Virus record (IMG/VR): IMGVR_UViG_3300049629_000690
Span: 1-25,730 of that record
Source of the DNA: a virus
Taxonomy: Duplodnaviria > Caudoviricetes
Direction: 5' to 3' (one strand)
Length of the DNA: 25,730 bases
Position 1 is the first letter of the stretch. The number at the start of each line of letters is the position of its first letter. Under the pieces are notes generated by a model that saw nothing but the letters and a program-made list of their open reading frames with translations, made no database searches and had not been told where the DNA came from. The position numbers and the translations under genes are program-made. Of this stretch, positions 25,141-25,730 are shown piece by piece.

Positions 25141-25730
25141 TTTAATTGCTCCCCTCCAAGCATCTTCCATGCAAGTTCAACCACACTTGGAACTTGGCAG
25201 TTTCCAACGGCGACAAATCTGTCCATCCGATGGGGAGTCCGTTGAGCCACTCGCTCAACTCCACATTCAGTTGTCCAAGGGTTTCTTGGTCTGGCATATT
25301 CGACTCCGCTTCTGATTTGGTAGTCGAGTTCATCGTCCATTGTAGGGCCAGGACATCCGCAATCCCCGTAGTCTCCCCCGCATCCTGCACAGATGAAGAG
25401 TTCACCTCCATCCATGTCTCCTTCGCAGTTGGCGGCGTAAACAACCCGCTTCCATCCAGACAGGCGTAAACCTGTCTTGGAAGTTGATCGACTCGCGCCT
25501 TGCCGTCCGTTCTCTCGGCGGTCATCCCCCGAGTGTCCTTCCAATCCCGAGAAGTCGGTGTAGCCCAAGACCCAAACTCTATCCCGTCGATGACAAGCAC
25601 CGGCGTGGTGCGCCCCAAGAATGCCCCACCTTGCGTCATACCCCAATCGGGCAAGGTCACAGAGGACTCGTCCAAGACCTCGTCCCACAAGCATTGGTGA
25701 GTTTTCAATGAAGACTCCACGGGGTCGTAC
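25137..25730 (-). CDS. C5-cytosine DNA methyltransferase, C-terminal part (5' end outside the window)
   Basis: Frame open from 25730: VRPRGVFIENS (motif VI), DLARLGY (VII), AGACHRRDRVW (VIII), DRFVAVGNCQVP (X). Confidence 0.9.
   Translation of the reverse strand, partial: VRPRGVFIENSPMLVGRGLGRVLCDLARLGYDARWGILGAHHAGACHRRDRVWVLGYTDFSGLEGHSGDDRRENGRQGASRSTSKTGLRLSGWKRVVYAANCEGDMDGGELFICAGCGGDYGDCGCPGPTMDDELDYQIRSGVEYARPRNPWTTECGVERVAQRTPHRMDRFVAVGNCQVPSVVELAWKMLGGEQLK
25142..25729 (-). CDS. Nested alternative-frame ORF, probable methyltransferase beta subunit (motif IX-like); start may lie outside the window
   Basis: Open from the window edge (YDPVESSLKTHQC..). Contains TLPDWGM, WATPTSRDWKD and GQLNVELSEWLNGLPIGWTDL, the last resembling the motif IX absent from the main frame. 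Confidence 0.7.
   Translation of the reverse strand, partial: YDPVESSLKTHQCLWDEVLDESSVTLPDWGMTQGGAFLGRTTPVLVIDGIEFGSWATPTSRDWKDTRGMTAERTDGKARVDQLPRQVYACLDGSGLFTPPTAKETWMEVNSSSVQDAGETTGIADVLALQWTMNSTTKSEAESNMPDQETLGQLNVELSEWLNGLPIGWTDLSPLETAKFQVWLNLHGRCLEGSN

Larger units (their letters stand above)
1..25730 (-). mobile_element. Phage/prophage genome segment (podovirus-like; replication, DNA modification, packaging, head, tail and ejection modules)
   Basis: Co-oriented terminase, portal, scaffold, capsid, tail tubular A/B and internal virion genes in BPP-1/T7-like order, preceded by lambdoid-type initiator/loader genes. No host housekeeping context, integrase or att site seen in the window. 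Confidence 0.97.

Noticed and set aside
173-25711. Numerous plus-strand ORFs in the track (e.g. 1166-2032, 5627-6301, 7793-8632, 12091-12897, 18346-19293)
   Set aside because: They are antisense shadows of well-supported minus-strand genes, with no recognisable motifs.
1-25730. Diversity-generating retroelement, tRNA or RNA polymerase genes suggested by the BPP-1/T7-like architecture
   Set aside because: No reverse transcriptase motifs, template/variable repeat pair, tRNA cloverleaf or RNA polymerase ORF was seen in this window.

Overview
This window is a slice of a tailed dsDNA phage or prophage genome with a podovirus (BPP-1/T7-like) morphogenesis module. All credible genes are on the minus strand and many are translationally coupled. 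In transcription order (right to left): C5-cytosine methyltransferase (truncated by the window edge, with a second ORF nested in another frame), VRR-NUC nuclease, DUF1376-type replication initiator containing iteron-like repeats, DnaC-like loader, probable small terminase, DpdA/TGT-like protein, QueD, small ORF, SSB-like protein, large terminase, two small proteins, portal, Bbp19-like protein, small ORF, scaffold, major capsid, tail tubular A and B, a cupin, and three internal-virion (ejection) proteins. The last is a >2,830-aa ORF that is missing from the ORF track because it runs off the left edge. Most notable observations: (1) the giant ejection protein carries a more AT-rich array of domain cassettes (two ADP-ribosyltransferase-like, two unassigned) separated by a repeated x[YFL]S[IV][RK] linker, with one cassette flanked by an exact 18-bp DNA direct repeat; (2) a circularly permuted Amidase_3-like domain on the second ejection protein; (3) a dispersed 14-bp quasi-palindrome GGTGTGCnnACACC, one copy of which fills the spacer of the putative capsid promoter; (4) strong enrichment of ACCGGC/GCCGGT with near absence of other CCGG contexts; (5) an M.EcoHK31I-like dual-frame methyltransferase and a minimal dpdA-like+queD pair. 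All family calls come from reading motifs by eye; no searches were run.
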